A stretch of DNA of 63,891 nucleotides, filler included, from Octopus bimaculoides (GCF_001194135.2; 8 parts of 7 records of this genome joined end to end with filler, not necessarily neighbours in it), one strand, 5' to 3'. Shown: positions 52,587-63,876, counted from the whole stretch's first letter. Translations and numbers: made by a program. The notes: a model not told the origin generated them from the letters alone.

Positions 52587-53026
52587 GGCGCAGGAGTGGC
52601 TGTGTGGTAAGTAGCTTGCTTACCAACCACATGGTTCCGGGTTCAGTCCCACTGCCTGGCACCTTGGGCAAGTGTCTTCTACTATAGCCTCGGGCCGACC
52701 AAAACCTTGTGAGTGGATTTGGTAGACGGAAACTGAAAGAAGCCCGTCGTATATATGTATATATATGTGTGTGTGTTTGTATGTCTGTGTTTGTCCCNNN
52801 NNNNNNNNNNNNNNNNNNNNNNNNNNNNNNNNNNNNNNNNNNNNNNNNNNNNNNNNNNNNNNNNNNNNNNNNNNNNNNNNNNNNNNNNNNNNNNNNNNNN
52901 NNNNNNNGAATAAGTACTAGGCTTACAAAGAATAAGTCCTGGGGTCGATTTTCTCGACTAAAGGCGGTGCTCCAGCATGGCCGCAGTCAAATGACTGAAA
53001 CAAGTAAAAGAGTAAAAGAGTAAAGA
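52587..53026 (+). mobile_element. Full-length CORE-type tRNA SINE (middle in gap)
   Basis: Well-preserved head ggcgcaggagtggctgtgtggtaagtagc and tail gactgaaacaagtaaaagagtaaaagag. Confidence 0.92.
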
Positions 53027-54404
53027 ATGTGCATAAAGGTGTTGCAGAAAATATTTATACTCTTTGTATTCGTGATGTCAAATATGTAATTCAGCGTCTT
53101 CAAATACTATTGTGCATACGTCCTTGAATTAAAGTTCCATATGACATGAATGAAAAAAAATTGCAAAGGAAGAGAAATCACTGTACGGTAGTTAAAAAAA
53201 AAAAAAAATGATATTCTGCAACTTGATCTCGTACTCAATTGAACACGTGTTTCACATTTTAAAGAAGCTGAAAAGAGATAGTTTGTTGTTCAATTCAGAC
53301 GAAACTAAAGAAGGTGAGGCCGTCTCGTGGTCTGTTTATATGGCCAAAACTACTGTGAGAATACTGGTATCTAGGTTAACAAAATCTGTGAAAAACAGTG
53401 AATGTTAAAATGTCACGTGTTGCATGGGAGTTTCTACAACTTCTTTAATAATTAATAACTAATGATGCTGATAGTGGGAAATTTTTGGTATTTTATTTGT
53501 TTGCCCAGAGAGAAATGGTTATTTTCTAAAGATTTTCTGGCGGAATTCTGCTCTTTACGCACGCCATATAAACCCTCATAACGTTTTTTTTATTTTTTAG
53601 AAATTTCAGAAAAGTTTTGCGAATTCGTATTCTGTACACGGGAATTCACAAGCTCATAGAAAATTAACTAAAAAAGAATATTTTTTTAATCGTTTTTTTA
53701 TTATTTAAAAAATTTTTTTCGAATTTTCTTTTTATACCACAGTTTAAAATACAGACAGTCCGAATTTTTTGCTTAAATCCCAACAATAGACTATTAAAGA
53801 CTTTAAGACATTTAGAAATAAAAAATGTGTTTTATATGCATGCAAACATGGTGTATTTAATATCAGTAAGAGGATGGCCTAGAAGAAAACTGGATTTTTA
53901 ATTTTAGTAATTAGTATTTATTAGTATTTAGGCCTTACTGTCTTGTCAATTGAAGGACTGAAAGCGCGATTGTTGGACTCTGCTTAGGGTACCAATTGGT
54001 CTTAATCCTGCTCTTATATCTGGGCTTATATTGTTGTGGTGTGCATTATTTAGTTATCAAACCTGTATATTGTGGAAAACATCTGCACTTATGCTGCATT
54101 GCTCCAAACAATCCTCAAAATCAAATGTGATCACATGGACCAAAGATGTTTCATGCAGTAGTCATGCAGACTAAATATAAGCACAAAGCACGTGCAGTCA
54201 CACAGACCACACATAGTCATATTGACTAAACGTAACTACATACCAAATGGAACCACACAGGCCTAACCTTGTACAGTATTTATCCAAAACAAAGAGTATG
54301 CTAAAGGTTATATACTTCAAAAGATTGTCTTTTAAAAAAAACAAATTTTTAAAATGTCTTCTATACTAACAGATAATATTATATACACCAGCATTTTGTC
54401 ATGA

Positions 54405-54555
54405 CTTAACATTCTGGGTTCAAATTCTACCAAGTTCAATTTTGCCTCTCATCCCTTTTGAGGTTGATAAACTAAAGTGCCAGTTGAGCACAGGAGTTGA
54501 TGTTATAAACTTGCCCCTCCCCTCAAAACTGTATGCCATCTGTCAAACTTTGAAA
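54405..54555 (+). mobile_element. Degenerate Meta-like SINE
   Basis: gggttcaaattctaccaagttcaattttgcctctcatccctttgagg. Confidence 0.65.
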
Positions 54556-54593
54556 CTATTAAATATACTGACAAGTTGTGTATAAACTGATAT

Positions 54594-54750
54594 GGTGCAG
54601 GAGTGGCTGTGTGGTAAGATGTTTGTTTTCCAACCACATGGTTCTGGATTCAATCCCACTGTGTGGCACCTTGGGCAAGTGTCTTCTACTATAGCCAACC
54701 AAAGCTTTGTGAGCAGAGTTGTTAGATAGAAAAAGAAAGAAGTCCATCAT
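54594..54750 (+). mobile_element. 5' half of CORE-type SINE
   Basis: gcaggagtggctgtgtggtaag...gcaccttgggcaagtgtcttctactatagcc. Confidence 0.85.
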
Positions 54751-54751
54751 G

Positions 54752-54803
<52 letters not shown>

Positions 54804-55020
54804 AATATTTCTAAGTCTCTCTAAAGGAGACTACAGCAGCGGTACTGGATATTAATAGTTATCACCAAGCCAGCATGGCAGTCCAAAAAATAGGACGAAT
54901 GTTGCTGTTGATTAGCTCCAAGAAGCCATCGCCTCTAGCTAGCTATGTGACACACGAACCTGTGTCCATTATAATCTTCGAACAGGGGAGGTCAGCCGCT
55001 TCCCTTGCTGGTCTGGCATT

Positions 55021-55059
55021 TACAGACTAGTTTCGGGGTATTGCCCCTTATCAATGTAG
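55021..55059 (-). ncRNA. Minimal type I hammerhead-like motif with U3-A8 core
   Basis: Minus strand: TACA-TTGATAA-GGGG caata CCCC-GAAAAC-TA-GTC-TGTA; perfect stems I and II, palindromic stem III ACTAGT, GUC triplet, one extra A after GAAA. Confidence 0.6.
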
Positions 55060-55287
55060 AGCAGCCGAACCCAGCAGGCGTCGCTACTGACCATCTGTAC
55101 GAAGGATTATTTTTTTGTCAAAGACAGTGTCTAATACTTATTTTTAAAGCCTAGTGCTAATTTAATCTATGGGCTGCTTTTGCTGCACTGCCAAGATACA
55201 GAGATGTAAACAAATCAATGCTGATTGCCAAGCAATGGTGGGGGGCGGAATACTCAAACACACACACACACACACACATACATACGC

Positions 55288-55446
55288 AACAGGTTTTTTT
55301 CAGTTTCTGTCTACCATATCCACTCACGAGGCTTTGCTCTGCTTGGGGTTATAGAAGATACATGCCCAAAATGCCACACAGTCACAGTGAACTCAAGACC
55401 ATATTTTTGGGAAGCAAACTTCTTAACATATAACCAAACATGTACC
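55288..55446 (-). mobile_element. 5' half of CORE-type SINE, inverted
   Basis: Reverse complement of the SINE head. Confidence 0.78.
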
Positions 55447-55587
55447 TATTTCAATTTTTTGTGTGGGCGTTTTTTTTTTTTAGTGTGTTTTTTCTTTAGT
55501 AAATAACTTTAGTAAAGAACAGCAAAAAAGATGGTTCGATATAGAATACCCAACCCACTTGCCTTATAAGTGTACACAGTATGTACA

Positions 55588-55778
55588 TCATCATCATCAT
55601 CATCATCGTTTAACGTCCGCTTTCCATGCTAGCATGGGTTGGACGATTTGACTGAGGACTGGTGCAACCGGATGGCTACACCAGGCTCCAATCTAATTTG
55701 GCAGAGTTTCTACAGCTGGATGCCCTTCCTAACGCCAACCACTCAGAAAGTGTAGTGAGTGCTTTTACGTGTCACCCG
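55588..55778 (-). mobile_element. SINE with RTE-type tail and (ATG)n end
   Basis: Minus strand ggttggcgttaggaagggcatccagctgtagaaac...catgctagcatggaaagcggacgttaaacgatgatgatg. Confidence 0.8.
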
Positions 55779-56542
55779 TACGTATGTATATATATGTATG
55801 TATGTATGTATGTATATATATATGTATGTATGTATTTATGTATTTGTAGGTAGGTATAAGCATATGTATATAGAAGTACCAGAACAAATATATTTGTACC
55901 AATTCTTGTTACACACAGTTGAAGCAAACACAAAAGAGAATGCCATTTTTTTCTCTCTCTGATATCACCGACAATATTCAACCGATGCAAACTCATCAAC
56001 ATGTTATTTCTGTCAGTTTCCTACAAGAAATATTTCTAGAAGCATTAAAATCATTTTAAACATACCTTTTCCTTTTTTTTTTTTTTTCCATTTGTTTTAG
56101 TAGAAATAGTCAAATTCCTCGAGGTCACTTGACTTGTCCCATGCACAGCCATAACTACTACCATTTTTTTTTTTTGGCACCTTCTAGAATTTTTCAAAAT
56201 AGATATTACACATTTGGAGGTATGTATCTTAGGCAGTCATAAGTAACTAGTCATGTCTTACTAACTTCTTCCACGAATATTTCAACAGGTTTTCTATTGT
56301 TGGATATATATCAAAACCTAACAGTACTATTTGGAGAGTTCATTGCCTTTCTTGGATCGAGGTTTTAGACTTATAACAGCTTCTGATATTTTCCATTTCC
56401 TTTTTGTATTTTTTACCTGTTCTTCACCATCATAACAGGTGTAGTGAGTTATCTTTTAGACCTTTGCTTCTTTCAGTCATTGAATGGAACAAACCAACAC
56501 CAGTTGACGAGCAATTATGGGGAGACAAACACTCAAATGCAC

Positions 56543-56617
<75 letters not shown>

Positions 56618-56649
56618 CAGGGGTTGGACGAAATAATGGAAATACCTTA

Positions 56650-56690
56650 AAATTTCAAACCTGTGTTCTCATTCCTAAGGTAATTTTCCA

Positions 56691-56728
<38 letters not shown>

Positions 56729-56771
56729 TCACTGCCTAGAATCGAACTCAGAATCTTGGGGTTAGTAGTGA

Positions 56772-56810
<39 letters not shown>

Positions 56811-56853
56811 GATTGAAAAATACCTTAGGAATGAGAACCCAGGTTTGAAATTT
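56650..56853. repeat. Long inverted repeat (about 85-bp arms, 33-nt spacer)
   Basis: Arm 56650-56733 (aaatttcaaacctgtgttctcattcctaagg...(att)n caggtcact) is the reverse complement of arm 56767-56853, with few mismatches and an unequal TAA count. Confidence 0.92.
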
Positions 56854-56860
56854 CCCCCAA

Positions 56861-56906
56861 GATACCCGATGAAGGCTGGAGGGTATATCAGCCGAAACAT
56901 TGTGTT
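56861..56906 (+). ncRNA. Decayed minimal type I hammerhead-like motif
   Basis: gatac-CCGATGA-a-GGCTG...CAGCC-GAAAC-ATT-gtgtt; U4C and G16.2A deviations. Confidence 0.5.
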
Positions 56907-57106
56907 AACAACAAACAAGATGAGGACAAATATCCGTCGAATGTAAATAATGTGAATAGAAAAGTTATGAGGGGTTATATGGTGTGCTTAAAGCAGAATT
57001 TTGTCAGGTGCTTAACCAGTTTTCTTTTTTTTTTTCTATTCTCTCCTTCAATCAGATCAACTTCAATTTACATAATAACTATATATTCCATTTCTTCATT
57101 TTCTAG

Positions 57107-57250
57107 GTCCTTTAGCCAGTGCCCTCATGTCTCGCTTTGGTCACCGATTTGTAATCATTCTTGGCAGCATATTTGGATCATTTGGACTACTACTCAGTGT
57201 TTTTGCCATAAATGTGGAGATGCTAATCATAACATTTGGAGTCATTGGTG
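57107..57250 (+). CDS. SLC16-like: Internal exon of a monocarboxylate transporter (SLC16/MCT, MFS)
   Basis: tttcttcattttctag acceptor and gtaaat donor bound a 144-nt phase 1-1 exon: (G)PLASALMSRFGHRFVIILGSIFGSFGLLLSVFAINVEMLIITFGVIG(G), the MFS motif-A loop and following helices typical of MCTs. Confidence 0.92.
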
Positions 57251-57531
57251 GTAAATTTCAATTTTATTTTTATCTGATACTTATATATATATAATATATA
57301 TAAAGAACTATTATCTTATACATTTCTGAATTTCTGGGTGCCTTTTTGTTCTGCATCTCTATGTATGTATTGTTTCTTCTATTTCATGTCTTCTATAAAT
57401 TATATCAGATATACATATATATATATATATANNNNNNNNNNNNNNNNNNNNNNNNNNNNNNNNNNNNNNNNNNNNTTAATTAATTAANNNNNNNNNNNNN
57501 NNNNNNNNNNNNNNNNNNNNNNNNNNNNNNN

Positions 57532-57932
57532 AGTGGCTGTGTGGTAAGTAGCTTGCTTACCAACCACACGGTTCCGGGTTCCGTCCCACTCTGTGGAATC
57601 TTGGGCAGGTGTCTTCTACTATAGCCTTCGGCTGACCAAAGCCTTGTGAGTGGATTTGCTAGACGGAAACTGAAAGAAGCCCGTCATATATATGTGTATA
57701 TATATATATGTATGTGTGTATTTGTTGAGTATCTGTGTTTGTCCCCCCAACATAACTTGACGACCGATGGTGGTGTGTTTACGTCCCCGTAACTTAGCGC
57801 TTCGGCAAAAGAGACCGATAGAATAAGTACTAGGCTTCCAAAGAATAAGTCCTGGGGTCGATTTGCTCGACTAAAGGCGGTGCTCCAGCATGGCCGCAGT
57901 CAAATGACTGAAACAAGTCAAAGAGTAAAAAG
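57532..57932 (+). mobile_element. Full-length CORE-type tRNA SINE
   Basis: Head, CORE-like block, internal TA/TG tract and tail all present. Confidence 0.92.
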
Positions 57933-57976
57933 ATGACCGCAGCCATTTGGCTGAAACACATAAATAAAATAAATAA

Positions 57977-58016
<40 letters not shown>

Positions 58017-58303
58017 ATACATGCACGCACACACACACACACTTACATACATACAAACATACATACATACATACATGTATGTATGTATGTATGTATGCTA
58101 GTTGTGAGTAATAACGCAACAAAAAACACTGCGCTGTTTCGTAATGAAGCAACTCCGAGTTGTGTGTCAGTTGAACGCAGTGAGAGTCAGTTGATATTTA
58201 CTTTGAACTATTGAGAGTTCGAATCCCATTTCAGTCGTTGATAACAAGGGTTATTCCTACCAACGCGCACCACTCAAAATTGAAAAGAATATTCTTTCGT
58301 TAT

Positions 58304-58455
58304 GGCGTTGCTGTTTGGTAAGAAGCTTGCTTCCCCACCACATGCTTCCGGGTTCAATCCCACTGCGTGGCACATTGGGAAAGTGTCTTCTACTATAGCC
58401 TTGTGCTGGCCAGAGATTTGTGAGTGCATTTGGTAGACGGAAACTGAAAGCCGCG
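58304..58455 (+). mobile_element. 5' half of CORE-type SINE
   Basis: ggtaagaagcttgc...gcacattgggaaagtgtcttctactatagcc. Confidence 0.82.
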
Positions 58456-59279
58456 AATCATATTTTCGTTCACCAATTCAACTACTGCACAGCAAGCAAA
58501 CAGCACCCAACACGACAATACCAGCGCCATGGAGAGCTATTTTACAGTAACACCATTACGCGACATTCATTCAAATGTATCAATTATTACTTTTAGTTTC
58601 TTATAAATCAAACGACGAGTATTTTAAGGTAACCAGTTATGAAGAAGATTCACACTTATCGACATTGTCACTGGAGCAAGCTGACACCATGGAAACATTT
58701 TCTGAAGCAAAGCCTGGGTATTTTAATTAGAGAGAATGAGAACAAAAACGAAAGAAAATAATCAGGAAACAAACGAGAAAAAAGAAAAGATAAATTTGTC
58801 TTGAGTTTGTGTGCACTGACGTCGTCATACGTTTTATTTATTGTTATATCGATTATTGCGCATGTCATAAGAAACAGGAAACGTAAGTCCACAAATAAAT
58901 GAATAAAAAGAGTGTTGGTTGAACCAGAGGAAGTATTATTGGTGCTGTTAGCGTGTTACTGCAATCAGTACCTTGACGAACCCAGTCTGCTATAAACTGT
59001 TTCATTATTGATGTATCTCATCGGCCATAGTGAAAAACAAAAATGGCTATTATTATAAATATAGTTTTATGAACGACACAAGAATCGATAAAGCAAGTGA
59101 TGCAATTATGCTTTTTGCTAGTCTAACACCTGCTTTTCTACTAGTTTTCCTTGTGTAGAGTTTATCGAATGACATAAAGACGTATAAGAGAAACGGTACC
59201 TCTCATCAATATAATGAGATACTTTACTGCATCATTTATCATAACAAAAATGATTTACTTCCATTAATATAGAGATCTA

Positions 59280-59507
59280 TTGGGTTGGTGCATAATTATT
59301 GCGGCTTTTTTTCAACAAATTTTGTTCAACAAAAACAATAACAACATTTAACAAAAACATTTGCCAAGCAAATGGGAAGCAGTAATTGAAGTAGATGGCG
59401 AATATACTCTGGAATAATCATTTAAAGATGTTTTTGTTACATGTTGTTATTGTTTTTGTTGTATAAAATTGTTGAAAAAAAGCCGCAATAATTATGCACC
59501 AACCTAA
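59280..59507. mobile_element. Mariner-derived MITE with about 80-bp TIRs
   Basis: TA TSD on both sides; TIR TT(G/A)GGTTGGTGCATAATTATTGCGGCTTTTTT resembles the Hsmar1/MADE1 ends; internal LPSKWEAVIEVDGEYTLE* at 59361-59417. Confidence 0.93.
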
Positions 59508-59863
59508 TATTAAAATTATTTCATTTCTCCTTTGTACAGTTAAGCTTCCACTTATCCGATCTACTAACTGACGACACTACATTATTCTGTACTTTCCGTG
59601 TGGCGGGGCTTGTTCTGATCACACTGGTTTTTTCATAGTGAACGTATCGTGTTGGATACTGGATATAACTTCTCTAATGCTAAGTTTAATAAATTCAAGA
59701 ACATAAATATTAAATTGTATTAGTATGTACTCTCTCTAGTCTTAGAACTCATAAGGCTGGTTACTGGGTTTCCATGGCGTATAAGCGACCGAGATCACAT
59801 CCCCCTCCCATTGAACAGACGCCCTTGAGTTATCCTTACTTCAGTCGGTTATCAATATATATA

Positions 59864-60046
59864 CCGTATTTCAACGTGTATAAGGAACCCTATTTTTGTT
59901 AAAAATTAGATTTTAAAAAATATGGGAGTTTCTTATACATGGATAGTGTTATAATCCCTTACAAAACCCTTTTTTCCAAATTTTAAGCCACAAAAATTAG
60001 GGGTTTCTTTTATACACGATGGCTCCTTATACACGTTAAAATACGG
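59864..60046. mobile_element. Tc2/pogo-type MITE
   Basis: 23-bp TIR CCGTATTT(C/T)AACGTGTATAAGGA with one mismatch, TA on both sides. Confidence 0.9.
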
Positions 60047-60178
60047 TATATATATATATATAGGATTCCTGGCTTTCANNNNNNNNNNNNNNNNNNNNNN
60101 NNNNNNNNNNNNNNNNNNNNNNTTAATTAATTAANNNNNNNNNNNNNNNNNNNNNNNNNNNNNNNNNNNNNNNNNNNN

Positions 60179-62148
60179 CAAGTCCACCCTTTAACGGTTG
60201 TTGGCAGCAAATAGAGCGCCTCACAAACAGTTTCCAGCTCTTCCACAAAAAACGGAAGAGCTGTCTTTCCAGCTTGATTAACCACGAATTGGGGCAAGGA
60301 ACAATGGTTAGGCGGTAGGTGATGACCGATACGATGAACACATTGGCTTTCAGGGATAGCCACCGCCAAGACCAGGTCTTGACTATGTGGGTCACCTTGC
60401 TCGTTACCTCGGCCCAGTTCTTCTCTATTTGGAGGTCTGGCCCAAACCAAACTCCTAGCAACTTAATCGGGCCCTCCGTCCAACGTCCCACGACGCTATC
60501 AGGAGGCATCGACTTGCCTCTCCAGGTGCCGAGCTGCAAGCCGACTGACTTTTCACGATTAACTTTTGCTCCTGCCACCGTCTCGTAAACCTCTATGGCC
60601 TTGCCCACTAACCGTAGTTGGTCCATTTCGGTTACGATGATAGTGATGTCATCTGCGTAAGCNNNNNNNNNNNNNNNNNNNNNNNNNNNNNNNNNNNNNN
60701 NNNNNNNNNNNNNNNNNNNNNNNNNNNNNNNNNNNNNNNNNNNNNNNNNNNNNNNNNNNNNNNNNNNNNNNNNNNNNNNNNNNNNNNNNNNNNNNNNNNN
60801 NNNNNNNNNNNNNNNNNNNNNNNNNNNNNNNNNNNNNNNNNNNNNNNNNNNNNNNNNNNNNNNNNNNNNNNNNNNNNNNNNNNNNNNNNNNNNNNNNNNN
60901 NNNNNNNNNNNNNNNNNNNNNNNNNNNNNNNNNNNNNNNNNNNNNNNNNNNNNNNNNNNNNNNNNNNNNNNNNNNNNNNNNNNNNNNNNNNNNNNNNNNN
61001 NNNNNNNNNNNNNNNNNNNNNNNNNNNNNNNNNNNNNNNNNNNNNNNNNNNNNNNNNNNNNNNNNNNNNNNNNNNNNNNNNNNNNNNNNNNNNNNNNNNN
61101 NNNNNNNNNNNNNNNNNNNNNNNNNNNNNNNNNNNNNNNNNNNNNNNNNNNNNNNNNNNNNNNNNNNNNNNNNNNNNNNNNNNNNNNNNNNNNNNNNNNN
61201 NNNNNNNNNNNNNNNNNNNNNNNNNNNNNNNNNNNNNNNNNNNNNNNNNNNNNNNNNNNNNNNNNNNNNNNNNNNNNNNNNNNNNNNNNNNNNNNNNNNN
61301 NNNNNNNNNNNNNNNNNNNNNNNNNNNNNNNNNNNNNNNNNNNNNNNNNNNNNNNNNNNNNNNNNNNNNNNNNNNNNNNNNNNNNNNNNNNNNNNNNNNN
61401 NNNNNNNNNNNNNNNNNNNNNNNNNNNNNNNNNNNNNNNNNNNNNNNNNNNNNNNNNNNNNNNNNNNNNNNNNNNNNNNNNNNNNNNNNNNNNNNNNNNN
61501 NNNNNNNNNNNNNNNNNNNNNNNNNNNNNNNNNNNNNNNNNNNNNNNNNNNNNNNNNNNNNNNNNNNNNAGTCCGTTAGGTCCCTCCTGCTATCCAGCAC
61601 GCCACCCCCATCGAAAAGCTGGGCGAAGTGCTCCTGAAAGGTCTTACACATCTCTTCGGGTTCGTCTATCAACTTACCTTGTTGGTTCGTCAAAGATCCT
61701 ATTGTAGCATCATTGCCACGTTGGGCTTCCACCACTCGGGCCCATCCTGCGGCCTTGGTTCCCTCGCAACCCATAGCACGAATTCTAGCTCTGACAATGC
61801 AACCCATGTGTTTGGCTTCGAGGTGCTGGTTTAACGCCAGTCTCTTGTCCTTCACCTGAATAGCAGAGCCAGTTCTCATTGCTTCCTCTAATTCCTTAAC
61901 TAAAACTGTTTCCCGCCTACGCTCTCTAGCCACTAAACTTATGCTATATCTAGCAGACTCATATTTAATGGCTCGTTTGAGGGCATACCACCATTTATTA
62001 TTAATAATGGCGCCAGTTAATGCCCTCTGAATCAACAAACTAATCCAATCTCTGTACTCCTTAATCGCCAAAAGGGACGTATTAAGTTTCCAGTAGCAGG
62101 AGCCTCTAGTATATCGCTTATCTATGTCGAGCCTACAAGTGATCATTT
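60179..62148 (-). mobile_element. Tx1/L1-clade LINE ORF2 (EN C-terminus, linker, RT), middle in gap
   Basis: GSCYWKLNTSLL (end of APE), linker, then after the gap AYADDI (RT catalytic motif, about 60645-60662), KVNREKS, LLGVWFG, LFRFLW; both visible segments are stop-free. Confidence 0.92.
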
Positions 62149-62561
62149 NNNNNNNNNNNNNNNNNNNNNNNNNNNNNNNNNNNNNNNNNNNNTTAATTAA
62201 TTAANNNNNNNNNNNNNNNNNNNNNNNNNNNNNNNNNNNNNNNNNNNNATATATATATATATATATAGACACATATATTTCAGAGTTTATACACACACAC
62301 ATACATATATATATATATTCAGTCCTCCAGGTATATATTTTTATATATATACATCGTATATAATTCCACACTATTCCTTACAATCTGACACACAAATGTA
62401 AATATATACGCATATATATACATAAACAAACACATGCACACATATACACACACTCATATTTGAACGTACATTATATATATACATACACACATCTATCTAT
62501 CTATAAATATATATATATACATTTTCACATAACTCCACGCACATATATATAATATACATAC

Positions 62562-62610
<49 letters not shown>

Positions 62611-62918
62611 CATATATACATATATATCCCTTTAGCATTCAGAATTCTCTTGTTAAATGTTTTGAATTAAGCATACAGTGTCTTATAATCTTCATTTTAG
62701 ACGTGGCTATATATTTTTAAAATGACATTGTAGGGTAAGTGTGAAAAGCCAGATCTGGCTGGTTTGAACATAAAACAGGAAGAATATTTTGGCTGGATAT
62801 AGCCCATTTAAACACTAAAAGTATATATATATATACATATATATACATACACATATATAAATACATACATACATACAAACACGTATACTTGCATAAGCAG
62901 ATATAATATATACACATG

Positions 62919-62949
<31 letters not shown>

Positions 62950-63235
62950 GTAGATACACATACATGCACACTATAGGGTTATCTATACCATTTGCATGTC
63001 ACATCTCCGAGCTACATTAAACATCCTCTTCACACATAAGTACGTTATCTTACGAACACTAAGATAATTACTTTAATGATCGCTGATTAATGACATCAGC
63101 TCTCCTACTACTCGGACCTACACGTAAGCTATTATATTCGGAAATTCGTCAACACTTCAGTGAGAGGCTGGCATTTCTACTTTATATACACACATACATA
63201 CATACATATATAAATTCATATATACATATATATAC

Positions 63236-63272
<37 letters not shown>

Positions 63273-63446
63273 TATGCTGAAGGGTGTACAAGAATGCACT
63301 TGTGTATCATGCGCTTTGTTTATTCTTGTCCGAAGTCTAGACTTGCAACGGCCGGCGGCAGGAGGGCCCTGCCTTACTTTCACTTTGCTTTCTGCAGTTC
63401 TGTGTCCGTGAAACCCTAAGTGAAGCTGCCATAACACTCACACATA

Positions 63447-63485
<39 letters not shown>

Positions 63486-63619
63486 TGACATACACACACA
63501 CACACACACACACACGTGTGTGTGTGTGTATATATAAACATATACACACATATATATAAGGGCGGAGTTGAGGGCATCTAATTATACTTATATACTGGAA
63601 TATACAGAAAGCTTTGCTC

Positions 63620-63775
63620 TCCGTCAGAGACAATGACAGGGTTTCCACTTGATCCGAACAACGGAACAACCTGCGCGTGAAATAAAGTGTCTTGCTCAAG
63701 GACGCAACGCATTGCCGCGGATTGAACTCGTGACTGCAAACTCATGGGCCGAATACCTTAGCCATTAAACCACAT
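63620..63775 (-). mobile_element. tRNA-headed SINE
   Basis: Minus strand gtggtttaatggctaagg...gagttcaatcc...ccttgagcaagacactttatttcacg followed by the block shared with 10790-10830. Confidence 0.75.
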
Positions 63776-63824
63776 GTATAAATAAACATATACATAATAC
63801 ACACACACACACACTCACACACAC

Positions 63825-63876
<52 letters not shown>

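Noticed and set aside
56289-56361. Possible extra exon GFLLLDIYQNLTVLFGEFIAFLGS after ttcaacag
   Set aside because: Weak donor and no fit to the MCT helix pattern expected before the 57107 exon.
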